Source of the DNA: a bacterium
Lineage (GTDB): Bacteria > JAMCPX01
DNA length: 64,000 bases
Reading direction: 5' to 3'
Assembly: GCA_037439545.1 (NCBI GenBank)
Contig: JBBIVV010000003.1
Span: forward strand, 26,104 to 90,103
The notes beneath the pieces are model-generated. The model saw only the letters and a list, made by a program, of their open reading frames with translations. It did no database searches and was not told where the DNA came from. A program made the translations under genes and the position numbers. Below are positions 20,595-31,430 of this stretch, in pieces; position 1 is the stretch's first letter; each line of letters starts with the position of its first letter.

Positions 20595-22136
20595 ATGAAA
20601 AAAGTCCTGATAGTGTCATCACTACTGCCGGTTTTCCTTTTATCTTTTGTGCTTTCCTGCAGTAAAAGAGGCACTGCTCAATCATCTTCATCCACAGCGA
20701 CACTGGTCATAGGCATTGAAGGCGACCCTGCGAACCTCGATCCCCGGTATGCTACTGACGCATATTCTCAGCAGATAGACAGATTGTGCTTCCAGGGTTT
20801 GATGAGATATAAAAGGGACGGCACCCTTGTCCCGCTGCTTGCAGAGCACGTTGCCATTGAAAACAATACAACGATACAGTTTGACCTCAAAAGGGGCATC
20901 ACATTTCAGGATGGTTCTCCTTTCACTGCGCAGGATGTCTTTTCAACAATAGACGGCATTATACGATCAGGCACCTACTCGCCGTATACAGAGGCATTAT
21001 CGCATATAAAAGATATGAGGGTTTTAAGCCCCTGGAGGCTGACAATCCAGCTTAAAGAGCCTTATGCACCGATACTCACGGCCTTTGTCATAGGCATACT
21101 GCCGCATAAGCTCGCGTACAAGAAAGAGATACCGGTCGATGAATTTACAGGGACAGGCCCTTACAGGTTCTCTGTGTATAAGCAGGCAGGGTATGTTAAA
21201 CTTGAAGCATACAACGGATATTGGCAGGGTGCACCCGGGATAAAGAATATCGTATTCAGAGTCATGCCTGATGACCTGACCCGCGTGCTTGAGCTTGAGA
21301 AAGGCAGTATAGACATGCTTGTCAATGCTGTTCCCCCTGATTCTGTAAACAGCCTTGAGCATACCGGACACATCCGCGTTATCGCAGGCCCTGGAAATAA
21401 TTATGAATACCTTGGGTTTAACATGAAGGACCCTATACTCGGAAGAAAGAGGGTCAGGCAGGCAATAGCAAACGCAATAAACAGGGAGGACATTATACGG
21501 TATGTTCTGTTTAATCAGGCAGAGCCTGCGGCAGGCATACTGCCTGAATGGAACAACGCGTACAACCCGGGCCTCCGGCAGTATGCCTATGACCCTTCAA
21601 AAGCAAAACGATTGCTCGATCAGGCCGGATTTCCCGAAAAACACGGGTACAGGTTTACCCTCGATTATAAAACATCGAACAACCCTCTGTCCGTAAGGGT
21701 CGCACAGGCAATTTCATATCAGCTTGAACACGTAGGCATAAAGGTCAATCTCAGATCGTACGAATGGGCAACCTTTTACAACGACATCCGGCACGGAAAT
21801 TTTCAGATATATACCTTAAGATGGGTCGGTGTCATGGACCCTGATATATTTTACTATGCGTTTGATTCGAATGCCGTTCCACCGTATGGCGCAAACAGAG
21901 GGTATTATTCGAACCCGGATGTGGACAGGCTCCTTGAGCAGGCACGGGGCATACTGAACATACATGAATCCCTGCCGCTGTATATGCATGTCCAGAGCAT
22001 CATTGCCGATGACCTGCCCTGCGTGAGCCTGTGGTATATGAAGGACATAACCGCAATCAGGGACAGGGTCCACAACTTCGAGCCCTTTCCCGGCGGAGGA
22101 TATACAGGTATTGAAAAGGCATATTTAACCAAATAA
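20595..22136 (+). CDS. Peptide/nickel ABC transporter substrate-binding lipoprotein (SBP family 5)
   Basis: Lipobox VLSC; NLDP, PLLAE, FQDGSPFTAQDV, GTGPY, VRQAI..AINR, YDP.KAK.LL. Confidence 0.9.
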   Translation: MKKVLIVSSLLPVFLLSFVLSCSKRGTAQSSSSTATLVIGIEGDPANLDPRYATDAYSQQIDRLCFQGLMRYKRDGTLVPLLAEHVAIENNTTIQFDLKRGITFQDGSPFTAQDVFSTIDGIIRSGTYSPYTEALSHIKDMRVLSPWRLTIQLKEPYAPILTAFVIGILPHKLAYKKEIPVDEFTGTGPYRFSVYKQAGYVKLEAYNGYWQGAPGIKNIVFRVMPDDLTRVLELEKGSIDMLVNAVPPDSVNSLEHTGHIRVIAGPGNNYEYLGFNMKDPILGRKRVRQAIANAINREDIIRYVLFNQAEPAAGILPEWNNAYNPGLRQYAYDPSKAKRLLDQAGFPEKHGYRFTLDYKTSNNPLSVRVAQAISYQLEHVGIKVNLRSYEWATFYNDIRHGNFQIYTLRWVGVMDPDIFYYAFDSNAVPPYGANRGYYSNPDVDRLLEQARGILNIHESLPLYMHVQSIIADDLPCVSLWYMKDITAIRDRVHNFEPFPGGGYTGIEKAYLTK

Positions 22137-22209
22137 TGAATGTAGAATACAGGAAGTTCGACGGAGGCTTCCTACTTGAAAGTTTTCTATTTAAGTATAC
22201 AATAATATT

Positions 22210-23220
22210 ATGCAAAAAGAGGGTATTAAAAATCTTGAGATAGCCATTCTGTTTTCAGCACTTCTGCATATTATAATCCTGTATGCGTTCAGGTATAATA
22301 TGTTGCACGTAAGCCCTGTTATCAATCAGCCCCAAAAATATATCGAACTCAGTACAGTTCCACCCGAAGATCTGAAAAGCGAAAATGCAGAACCGGTGCC
22401 TGAAAAAAACGATATGCTGCCGAAAAAAAACGACCGGCAGAAACTCGTTCTTAAAAATCAGATAGTGGACATTCCGAAACCTCTTGTTCAGCAGGAGCCC
22501 AAGAAAACAGCCTATCTGTCGAACTGGTCGCAGAGCGTAAACGAAGAAATGGTCAGCAAGCATAAGGGCGGCGGTTATGGGACAGACGGTCTGAAATCAC
22601 TTGAGGTCAGTGCAAAGCCGCAGGTCCCTGAAGCTGGCAATGAAAAAACGATTCCAAAACCACCGGAGGCAAAGCCATTGGCAGATGAGGAAGGGCTGAC
22701 ATCGAATCCAAAGGACACGCTTTCTCTTAAGCAGCACAACAGTTCACAGTCAGGCAAGGACCAGAAACTCGCCCTGAATTCGCTGCTGCCTTCTTATTCG
22801 AGGATGAGGGAAAACCAGGGTATAGGCGATAACAATTATCTTCCTGGCCTTAAAGAAGGGGACGTGACCCTTCTGAACACCAAGAGCTTTGTGTATGCCG
22901 GCTTTGTGAGGAGGGTTGCGTACAGGATATTCGATCAGTTTATATTCGATATGCGGAACAGTGATATAAGCCCGGATGAAATAAACAACATTAACAGTCA
23001 TGCATATATTGAAGCCAATATGAACCAGGCAGGTAAATTGATATCCGTAAAACTGCTCAGGTCGTCAGGTTCGCCGGCATGGGACCATATGGCAATAGAG
23101 GCGTGCAAAGACGCAACATGGGATGCGAATCCTCCCAAAGGAGCAGAAGGCAAAGATGGGGTCATACATTTTGTATTTGCCCCGGGTAAAGATGTTCTTG
23201 TTGTCGGTTTGCTTGACTGA
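22210..23220 (+). CDS. TonB/TolA-like single-pass membrane protein with a TonB C-terminal domain
   Basis: N-terminal TM with SxxxH (SALLH); Pro/Lys-rich linker; C-terminal G.L..VKLLRSSG...WD..A. Confidence 0.7.
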   Translation: MQKEGIKNLEIAILFSALLHIIILYAFRYNMLHVSPVINQPQKYIELSTVPPEDLKSENAEPVPEKNDMLPKKNDRQKLVLKNQIVDIPKPLVQQEPKKTAYLSNWSQSVNEEMVSKHKGGGYGTDGLKSLEVSAKPQVPEAGNEKTIPKPPEAKPLADEEGLTSNPKDTLSLKQHNSSQSGKDQKLALNSLLPSYSRMRENQGIGDNNYLPGLKEGDVTLLNTKSFVYAGFVRRVAYRIFDQFIFDMRNSDISPDEINNINSHAYIEANMNQAGKLISVKLLRSSGSPAWDHMAIEACKDATWDANPPKGAEGKDGVIHFVFAPGKDVLVVGLLD

Positions 23221-23320
23221 TTGATAATATCTCTTGATAAGATAAAACTTCAGATTATATTTTAATAGTTGTAAGGGGTGACAGGAGTAACCCTTTAAGA
23301 AATAATATTAAAAATAATAA

Positions 23321-24982
<1,662 letters not shown>

Positions 24983-25024
24983 AGATCCGGTCGTCTGAAA
25001 CCACGGGAAAATTAAGCAATAAGC

Positions 25025-25053
25025 AAGGGGCGCTGCATGCAGCGCCCCTTTTT
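25025..25053 (+). terminator. Intrinsic terminator (perfect palindrome)
   Basis: aaggggcgctgc-at-gcagcgcccctt followed by T residues, between convergent genes. Confidence 0.75.
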
Positions 25054-25069
25054 CATGTGCCTGAAATTG

Positions 25070-26566
25070 TCAGCAGATCACCTCATATACTGTGACGGGA
25101 TTTTCTTTCCCCTTGACCGCTATCTCTCCGACCAGTTTCGTGTTCACGGGCCTTTGGACGAAGCTATTTGTCTCTCTCGAGATCAATATCTGATTTACCT
25201 GTGCAATGGACTGCAGCCGTGATGCTACATTGACGATGTTGCCGATGACCGTGTATTCAAGCCTCCGGGACGACCCGACCATAATACCGAGGACCGGTCC
25301 TGTATCTATGCCTATCCTTAAGGAGACGTCGATTCCATCCTCATTGTTTTTTACCCATCGGATCAATGATTCGGCTGAATTTATGGCCCTATCGGGATCA
25401 TCGGCATGCGAGATCGGTGTGCCGAATACAGCCATAAAGCCGTCACCGAGGAACTTGTTTATGGATCCTCCGTTCGAAAGAACGATAGTCGTCGCCTTTT
25501 CAAAGAACGCACGCAGGATACGCGCGATCTCCCGGGGATTGTTCTTCTCCGTCAGCGAGGTAAAGCCCACGATGTCTGCGAACAGTATGGTGCTTCTGTT
25601 TACCTCCTGCACATTCCACAGGGATGAAGGATTGTTCTTTATCATATCGAGAAATCCGGACACAGCCTCTATCGGTACGAATCGTTTGATCTGCTCTACG
25701 ATGTTTTTTTCGTCCGTTATTTTTTGAATGAGCCGTTCGTGGGCTATGGTCAAGGCAAGCAGGTTTGCAATGATGGTAATGAAATTCAGATTTTCTTCGC
25801 TGAACTGCTGCCGGCCGATCTTACGATCAGCATAGAGTGCACCGTAGATTTGGTCCTTTTCCCATATAGGGGCACAGATGGCGGAATATATGCCCATATT
25901 CTGTATCGTGCGGTCCCCGGTAAATCTATTGTCAATGCCCGCATTTTTCACAAGGATGCCCGCCCTGTTTTTTATGGATTTGTTGAGTATTGATGAACTG
26001 ATACCCGTTACGCCCGGTCCCCGGACATGGCTTGCAGATTTCATCAATAGCTCTCCGGTAGTCTCATTTATTACCAGTATTGCCCCGTAATCTGCTTTAA
26101 GGGCGTTCCCTATCGATTTTATGGTATGATCATAAAATTGTTCCTGGTCATGCGTGTAGATACCTTCCCGGGCGACAGAGAATATGATGTCCAGATACAC
26201 ATTGTTTAACAGCGAGGGTGAAGAGGCTATACTGTTGAGCTCAGCGGACGGGACTTCCTTGACGGTTATAAGCTCCTCGTCTTTGAAGACCAATACCACA
26301 TTGCCTGCTTTAATCTCATCCTGATCCTTTAATTTAATTTTTTCTGCAATCATCTCGCCGTTGAGAAGGGTGCCGTTTGAGCTTCCATTATCATAGACAT
26401 AATATCCGTCCGGTTCTTTTTTTATGACGAAATGATTTCTGGAAACACTCGAGTCGAACAGTACTATATCATTGGAGGGTAGTCTGCCGGCGCTTACCGC
26501 GCCTTTATCGATTACAAAAACCTCTTCGGACTGATTATTTTTTTGACTGTAAACCAGAGACGGCAT
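25070..26566 (-). CDS. FHA-GAF-class III adenylate/guanylate cyclase
   Basis: FHA (GR...SVSRNH...SSNGT), GAF (SAICAPI...GALYAD), cyclase (LFADIVGFT, KFLGDG, YTVIG..VNVASRL). Confidence 0.88.
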   Translation of the reverse strand: MPSLVYSQKNNQSEEVFVIDKGAVSAGRLPSNDIVLFDSSVSRNHFVIKKEPDGYYVYDNGSSNGTLLNGEMIAEKIKLKDQDEIKAGNVVLVFKDEELITVKEVPSAELNSIASSPSLLNNVYLDIIFSVAREGIYTHDQEQFYDHTIKSIGNALKADYGAILVINETTGELLMKSASHVRGPGVTGISSSILNKSIKNRAGILVKNAGIDNRFTGDRTIQNMGIYSAICAPIWEKDQIYGALYADRKIGRQQFSEENLNFITIIANLLALTIAHERLIQKITDEKNIVEQIKRFVPIEAVSGFLDMIKNNPSSLWNVQEVNRSTILFADIVGFTSLTEKNNPREIARILRAFFEKATTIVLSNGGSINKFLGDGFMAVFGTPISHADDPDRAINSAESLIRWVKNNEDGIDVSLRIGIDTGPVLGIMVGSSRRLEYTVIGNIVNVASRLQSIAQVNQILISRETNSFVQRPVNTKLVGEIAVKGKENPVTVYEVIC

Positions 26567-26575
26567 GTACCGGCG

Positions 26576-28036
26576 CTACCATAAGAGTAACGTATATGCC
26601 AGAAAATTTACGGCAGAGAGGGCGATTGCTCCCCTCAGATATCCGCTGCCTTCAATCAATGGCTTACGCTTGAGGAAAACAAGTATTCCTATTGACAGAA
26701 GAAGGCTGAGGGCTGTCAATAAAATGCCGATCTGAAACATCGGAGATAAAAACCATTTCGGCAGTACCTTCAGGTTAAAGAAATAAAGAATATCGAGTAT
26801 AAAAACCACCGGACCGCCTATGAGGCTTATGACCGGGAGCAGGACAAGTAAATGCATGGGTTTAATTGCAGGCTCGACGATCTTCATCGGCTTGCCGCAT
26901 TTTTCGCATTGCTCCTTCGTATCCTGCTGGTAACCGCACCATGGGCATACGGAGGTCGAAGTCCGTCTTGTAACCCGAGCTTGAGTGAGTATGGCATTGT
27001 GCAGGTTGGCGCCGTTCATGTCCGTTTCGCGCAGATCAGCTCCGCTCAGGTTCGCACTGCTCAGGTCGCTGTAGGGAAGTACTGAATTGTTCATGATAGC
27101 ACCGGATAAGTTCGCTTCTTTTAGAGATGCTTTTGATGCCATCGCATGACTCAATATAACACCTTTCATATTTGCCATTGAAAAGTTTGTATGAACACAC
27201 GACGCATGAGACATACTGGAACGCTCGAGCATTGCACCGGTCATGACCGCATTGTCGAGTTTTGCATAGTCTAAAATAGCTCCCGAGAGCTGCGCATAAT
27301 CAAGCTGTGAACCTTCGAGGTTGGCTCCTCTCAGGTTTGCATCCGTAAGATTGATATTACTCATCTTTGCAGAGGTGATGACCGCTTCGGACAGGTCGAG
27401 TCCCGACAGATTAATTCCTCTTAAATCGCTTGAAGGCATGAATACCTTTCTGAGCGATACACCTGTTAACAAGGCTTTCTGTATGTTCGACCCTCTCAAT
27501 GTTGCACTGGAAAAATCAGCACCACGCATGTCTGCTTCTGATAGGTCTGACGATTCAAGGTTTGCATTTACAAAGCTTGCCCGGTATAGCAGTGCCTTGT
27601 TAAATTTTATGCCTGCTGCCCTTATGCTGTCGAATGTTGCCTCTTTCCCGTTTACCCCTGTCAGCGTTGCACCTGCCATCTGACAGGAAGTGAAGTCCGC
27701 CCGTTCAATAGTAGCAGATGACATGTTTGCTTCCTGAAGCACAGAACCGGAGAAATCGGCATTTCTCGCATCCGCCTTTGTCATCGTTGCACCCTGCAGG
27801 TTTGCACCCTTGAATGATGATTTTATCAGTTTTGCTTCTTTCATCAGACAGAAAGAAAGGTCCGCGTTATCGAATAGTGCTTCCGAGAGATCAGTGCCGG
27901 ATAGATCTGAATTTCTCATCCTTATGCCCGAAAGGTTTAGCCCCTTTAGATTCTCGCCCGTTAGTTTTACATTTGAAAGCTCAATCCCCTTGTCCTTATG
28001 ATCGGACATGTATTTAATCAGTTCGTCTCTGGTCAT
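26576..28036 (-). CDS. Pentapeptide-repeat protein with a C-terminal zinc ribbon and TM helices
   Basis: Long A(D/N)LxG-type repeat tract, then CPWCG...CEKCG, then about 3 hydrophobic helices; probable start MTRDEL (ATG 28036). Confidence 0.8.
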   Translation of the reverse strand: MTRDELIKYMSDHKDKGIELSNVKLTGENLKGLNLSGIRMRNSDLSGTDLSEALFDNADLSFCLMKEAKLIKSSFKGANLQGATMTKADARNADFSGSVLQEANMSSATIERADFTSCQMAGATLTGVNGKEATFDSIRAAGIKFNKALLYRASFVNANLESSDLSEADMRGADFSSATLRGSNIQKALLTGVSLRKVFMPSSDLRGINLSGLDLSEAVITSAKMSNINLTDANLRGANLEGSQLDYAQLSGAILDYAKLDNAVMTGAMLERSSMSHASCVHTNFSMANMKGVILSHAMASKASLKEANLSGAIMNNSVLPYSDLSSANLSGADLRETDMNGANLHNAILTQARVTRRTSTSVCPWCGYQQDTKEQCEKCGKPMKIVEPAIKPMHLLVLLPVISLIGGPVVFILDILYFFNLKVLPKWFLSPMFQIGILLTALSLLLSIGILVFLKRKPLIEGSGYLRGAIALSAVNFLAYTLLLW

Positions 28037-28157
28037 AAAAAGATTCTTATAACAATTATCGTAAATATGCAAGCGGGAATAGAGTCAGGAAGAAGTAACT
28101 CCTCAACTCCTTCTCCCTTGCTTTGACATTATAAAAAAAATGGGGTAAAAGAAAAGC

Positions 28158-29351
28158 ATGAAAATAATCGTGAGATTATTACCGTTAATTTTATTTATAG
28201 CACTATCGATATCAACAGCAGATCCATCGTACGCACAGCAATATGTCAGTCAGGGGGCATGGGCAGTAGGCATAGTAAAAGGGCTCGGTTGGGAGAGCAA
28301 GGGCATACCGCAACAGCCATCTTTAATGGATTACATGGATCTCCTGTCAGGAAGGAATTTTATCAATGTAAACCTCAAAAATTATGCAACAAGGCTCGGC
28401 ACTTTTCCCGATACCCTTACCTATAATGTAAATGTAGAACACTGCGGAAGATATCGTCTTATTGTGTATGTGTACGGCAATCCGGTATTATTTACCATGG
28501 ATAATGAACCTACTGTTTCATCTCATTTCTCAAACGGCTGGAACTATGAAGAACCCGCCACCTTTATACTGAAAAGGGGTGTTCACAGATTGAGTATTAC
28601 CATACCGAAAGGCAGCTCAATATTTGCCCTTTATCTGAGTTCTATGGCAGAAAACGCGATTCAACCGAAAGGCGGCTGGGTTGCGGCAAAGCCGCTAGAT
28701 TATGGTGCAGAAGCAAGTACACTGACCATGGCAATGGATGTTGCCGGCAAGCTGCCTGTCCAATCTGAAATACCTCCAGCAGTCAGGGCTGGTGCAAATG
28801 CACGTCAATTTACCTTTCAAATACCCTCTGATCCTGTCCTGAACTTTAACACAACATTCCAGGGCCCATCGAGAGGGTATGTCATGGTGGATAACTCTAT
28901 TGTTATACCTTATGAGGTTCGCGGCACGGACGCACCGCCCCTCAACATGAAAGCAATAAACCTTGGTCAGGGCACGCATACTGCATATTTGAAAATTCTC
29001 TCAGGCCAAGCGCCTTCGTCATTCGTTATATACCAGCATAATGATTCCCCCGAAGCATGTAGTGCGCTGATGAGATCCATGGGATTTAATATGGGGCTTG
29101 CTTATTTGCCGGTACCGTACGATATCGCACGGGCATCACTTGGGGCCTTCATCGTAATAGTGGCAAAAACCGTGCCATACAATATTGCACGGGTGTCGCT
29201 GGAAGAATTGATTGCAAGGATGGCAAAAAACAAAATGCCCAATGAACTCGATCTTTCCGGTCTGCCTGTCAAGCAGACAGAATTACCCTCACAGCGCGTT
29301 ATCAGGACATATAAAGAACCCATAAGCCCCATGGTTCCGTTTGAGGATTAA
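28158..29351 (+). CDS. Secreted protein of unknown function, copy A (two CBM-like beta-sandwich repeats)
   Basis: Signal peptide ending PSYA; strong paralogy to 29581-30549 plus 30565-30873. Confidence 0.75.
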   Translation: MKIIVRLLPLILFIALSISTADPSYAQQYVSQGAWAVGIVKGLGWESKGIPQQPSLMDYMDLLSGRNFINVNLKNYATRLGTFPDTLTYNVNVEHCGRYRLIVYVYGNPVLFTMDNEPTVSSHFSNGWNYEEPATFILKRGVHRLSITIPKGSSIFALYLSSMAENAIQPKGGWVAAKPLDYGAEASTLTMAMDVAGKLPVQSEIPPAVRAGANARQFTFQIPSDPVLNFNTTFQGPSRGYVMVDNSIVIPYEVRGTDAPPLNMKAINLGQGTHTAYLKILSGQAPSSFVIYQHNDSPEACSALMRSMGFNMGLAYLPVPYDIARASLGAFIVIVAKTVPYNIARVSLEELIARMAKNKMPNELDLSGLPVKQTELPSQRVIRTYKEPISPMVPFED

Positions 29352-29493
29352 GCTGGTCTTAATTATACGATCTATGAATAGTTTTTCGTGCCGCTTGTGT
29401 AATATTCAACCGTAATAATTAAATTTTCAACATCTATTCCACACTACTGTGTAAATTGGTATTAAATATTAATAGGTTACGAATGGTTTATTC

Positions 29494-29509
29494 TGGCACA
29501 GATGTTGCA
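29494..29509 (+). promoter_or_regulatory. sigma54 (-24/-12) promoter
   Basis: TGGCAC-AGATG-TTGCA matches the TGGCAC-N5-TTGCW consensus with correct GG/GC spacing, about 70 nt before the ORF at 29581. Confidence 0.75.
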
Positions 29510-29580
29510 AATCAAAATATGAAGAACATGAACATAATTATGCATGGTGTATTCATGTTCGGATTGACATTACAGGGAAA

Positions 29581-30549
29581 ATGGTGTTAAAAGATTTTAT
29601 GAGAAAAATAGTTAAGCCGGGTTTATATTTACTGGTATTGTTATCCGTAGTTAAGCCATCTTATGCACAGCAGTATGTGAGTCAGGGAGCATGGGCCGTT
29701 GCCCTTGTAAAAGGGCTTGGCTGGGAGAGCAAGGGCATACCGCAACAGTCATCTTTAATGGATTATTTCGATCTCCTTGCAGGGAGGAATTTTATCAATG
29801 TAGACATCAAAAATTATGCAACAAGGCTCGGTACTTTGCCCGATACACTTACGTATAATGTAAATGTCACTCACAGCGGCAGGTATAATCTTATCGTGTA
29901 TGTGTATGGTAATCCCATGATGTTTACCCTGGATAATGAACCTACTGCATCGTCTAATTTCTCAAATGGCTGGAACTATGAGGATCTCGGCACCTTTATG
30001 CTGAAAAGAGGTATTCACAAGTTGAGTATCACCATACCAAAAGGCAGCTCAATAGTATCGCTTTATCTGAGTTCTATGGCAGAGGATGCTATTCAACCGA
30101 AAGACGGCTGGGTTGCGAGCAAACCCCTTGATTATGGTGCTGAGGCAAGGACCATGACCATGGTAATGGATGATGCCGGTAAATTGGATGCAGGTAAATT
30201 GCCTGTTAAATCTCAAATACCTTCTGCAATAAGGGCTGGTGCAAATATAAGAGAATTTGTATTTCAATTGTCATCAGACCCTGTCCTGAACTTCAACATA
30301 ACATTCCAGGGTCCATCAAAAGGATATGTCATGGTTGATAACTCCATTGTCATTCCTTATGAGGTTAGTGGCCGGGGAATGGAACCTCTCAATATGAAGG
30401 CAATAAGTCTTGCACAGGGCGCACATACCGCATTTTTGAAAGTTTTATCAGGGCAGCTGCCCTCGTCATTCGTTATATACCAGCATGATGATTCTTCCGA
30501 AGCATGCATTACGCTTATGAAAACAATGGGCTTTGATATGGGATTTTAA
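29581..30549 (+). CDS. Secreted protein of unknown function, copy B (N-terminal and core part)
   Basis: Signal peptide ending PSYA|QQYVSQGAWAV; colinear with copy A up to MGF(N/D)MG; contains a DAGKL-DAGKL micro-duplication at 30172-30201. Confidence 0.75.
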   Translation: MVLKDFMRKIVKPGLYLLVLLSVVKPSYAQQYVSQGAWAVALVKGLGWESKGIPQQSSLMDYFDLLAGRNFINVDIKNYATRLGTLPDTLTYNVNVTHSGRYNLIVYVYGNPMMFTLDNEPTASSNFSNGWNYEDLGTFMLKRGIHKLSITIPKGSSIVSLYLSSMAEDAIQPKDGWVASKPLDYGAEARTMTMVMDDAGKLDAGKLPVKSQIPSAIRAGANIREFVFQLSSDPVLNFNITFQGPSKGYVMVDNSIVIPYEVSGRGMEPLNMKAISLAQGAHTAFLKVLSGQLPSSFVIYQHDDSSEACITLMKTMGFDMGF

Positions 30550-30564
30550 TCGAAGGGGAAATTT

Positions 30565-30873
30565 ATGCTTATAAAAAAAAGGATCATTTTATTATTCTTT
30601 CTTGTAATTCCTATAAGTGTTCTCGCACAATCCGCAGGAAATGCTTTTGCAGCAGACTATAATACCTCTGTTCGTGATGTGGTGAATAGACCTGTCCCCT
30701 ACGATACTGCACGGGCATCACTTGCCAGATTGATGACCATGGTGGCAAAAAATAAACCGGAGGGAGGCATCTCTCTGGCGGGTATGGCTGCCAAAAAGAC
30801 GGAATTACCGTCACAGACTGCTCTCAGGACATACAAAGAATCCATAAGCCCCATGCGTCCGTTCGAGGATTAA
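30565..30873 (+). CDS. Small secreted protein homologous to the C-terminal tail of copy A
   Basis: Has its own SD (aagggg) and signal peptide; PVPYDTARASL...TELPSQ...RTYKESISPMRPFED. Confidence 0.75.
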   Translation: MLIKKRIILLFFLVIPISVLAQSAGNAFAADYNTSVRDVVNRPVPYDTARASLARLMTMVAKNKPEGGISLAGMAAKKTELPSQTALRTYKESISPMRPFED

Positions 30874-30875
30874 GG

Positions 30876-31430
30876 ATGACAGCACTCATAAGACGGACAA
30901 TTATAATAGGGTGGTTCTTTTTATTATTTTGCACCTCAGCATCAGCAGGTGAGATCATTTATGCTTCCAGAAGTTTTAATATTGCAAGCGGTGCAAGTAT
31001 TATCGTTGCTCCATTCCAAAATCTAACAAAGGCACAGGGTGCAGGTGATAAATTTTCGAACTATATTGCACAGGCACTTGCAGAATCTGGATCCATGCGC
31101 ATTGTGAGGGAAGATCAGTTCATTTCCCGCTTGTCGTACAATAGGTTGAAACCAGGCCTGCCTGTCGATAGATCCATTGCTCAATTAGTGGGCGGACAGC
31201 TCGGCATTCGTTATGTCGTGTTTGGCAGTGTCGTGGAATATAACTACGAACTCTCCAATGATGGAAGCAGGACAATACCCATTGCAGGTATCGATGTTAG
31301 AATCCTTGATGTCGATTCGGGCAGAATTATTTTTGCAGGCTCTTTCATAAAAGAAGGCTCATCTGGCACTCAACTGGATAGTGTTGCAATGGATGCAGCC
31401 GATGCATTTCAAAAGAGGATCATGCAGTGA
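30876..31430 (+). CDS. CsgG/PelC/DUF799-like envelope protein
   Basis: Signal peptide; IIVAPFQNLT...AG...; GGQLG.RYVVFGSVVEY...GIDVRILDVDSGRIIF. Confidence 0.6.
   Translation: MTALIRRTIIIGWFFLLFCTSASAGEIIYASRSFNIASGASIIVAPFQNLTKAQGAGDKFSNYIAQALAESGSMRIVREDQFISRLSYNRLKPGLPVDRSIAQLVGGQLGIRYVVFGSVVEYNYELSNDGSRTIPIAGIDVRILDVDSGRIIFAGSFIKEGSSGTQLDSVAMDAADAFQKRIMQ

Noticed and set aside
26990..27990. Periodic sequence that could suggest a repeat array
   Set aside because: The 15-nt periodicity comes from pentapeptide-repeat coding; there are no identical repeats with spacers, so it is not CRISPR.
29581..30873. Calling copy B a pseudogene broken by a nonsense mutation
   Set aside because: The downstream part has its own SD and a non-homologous signal peptide, and both ORFs are otherwise intact.
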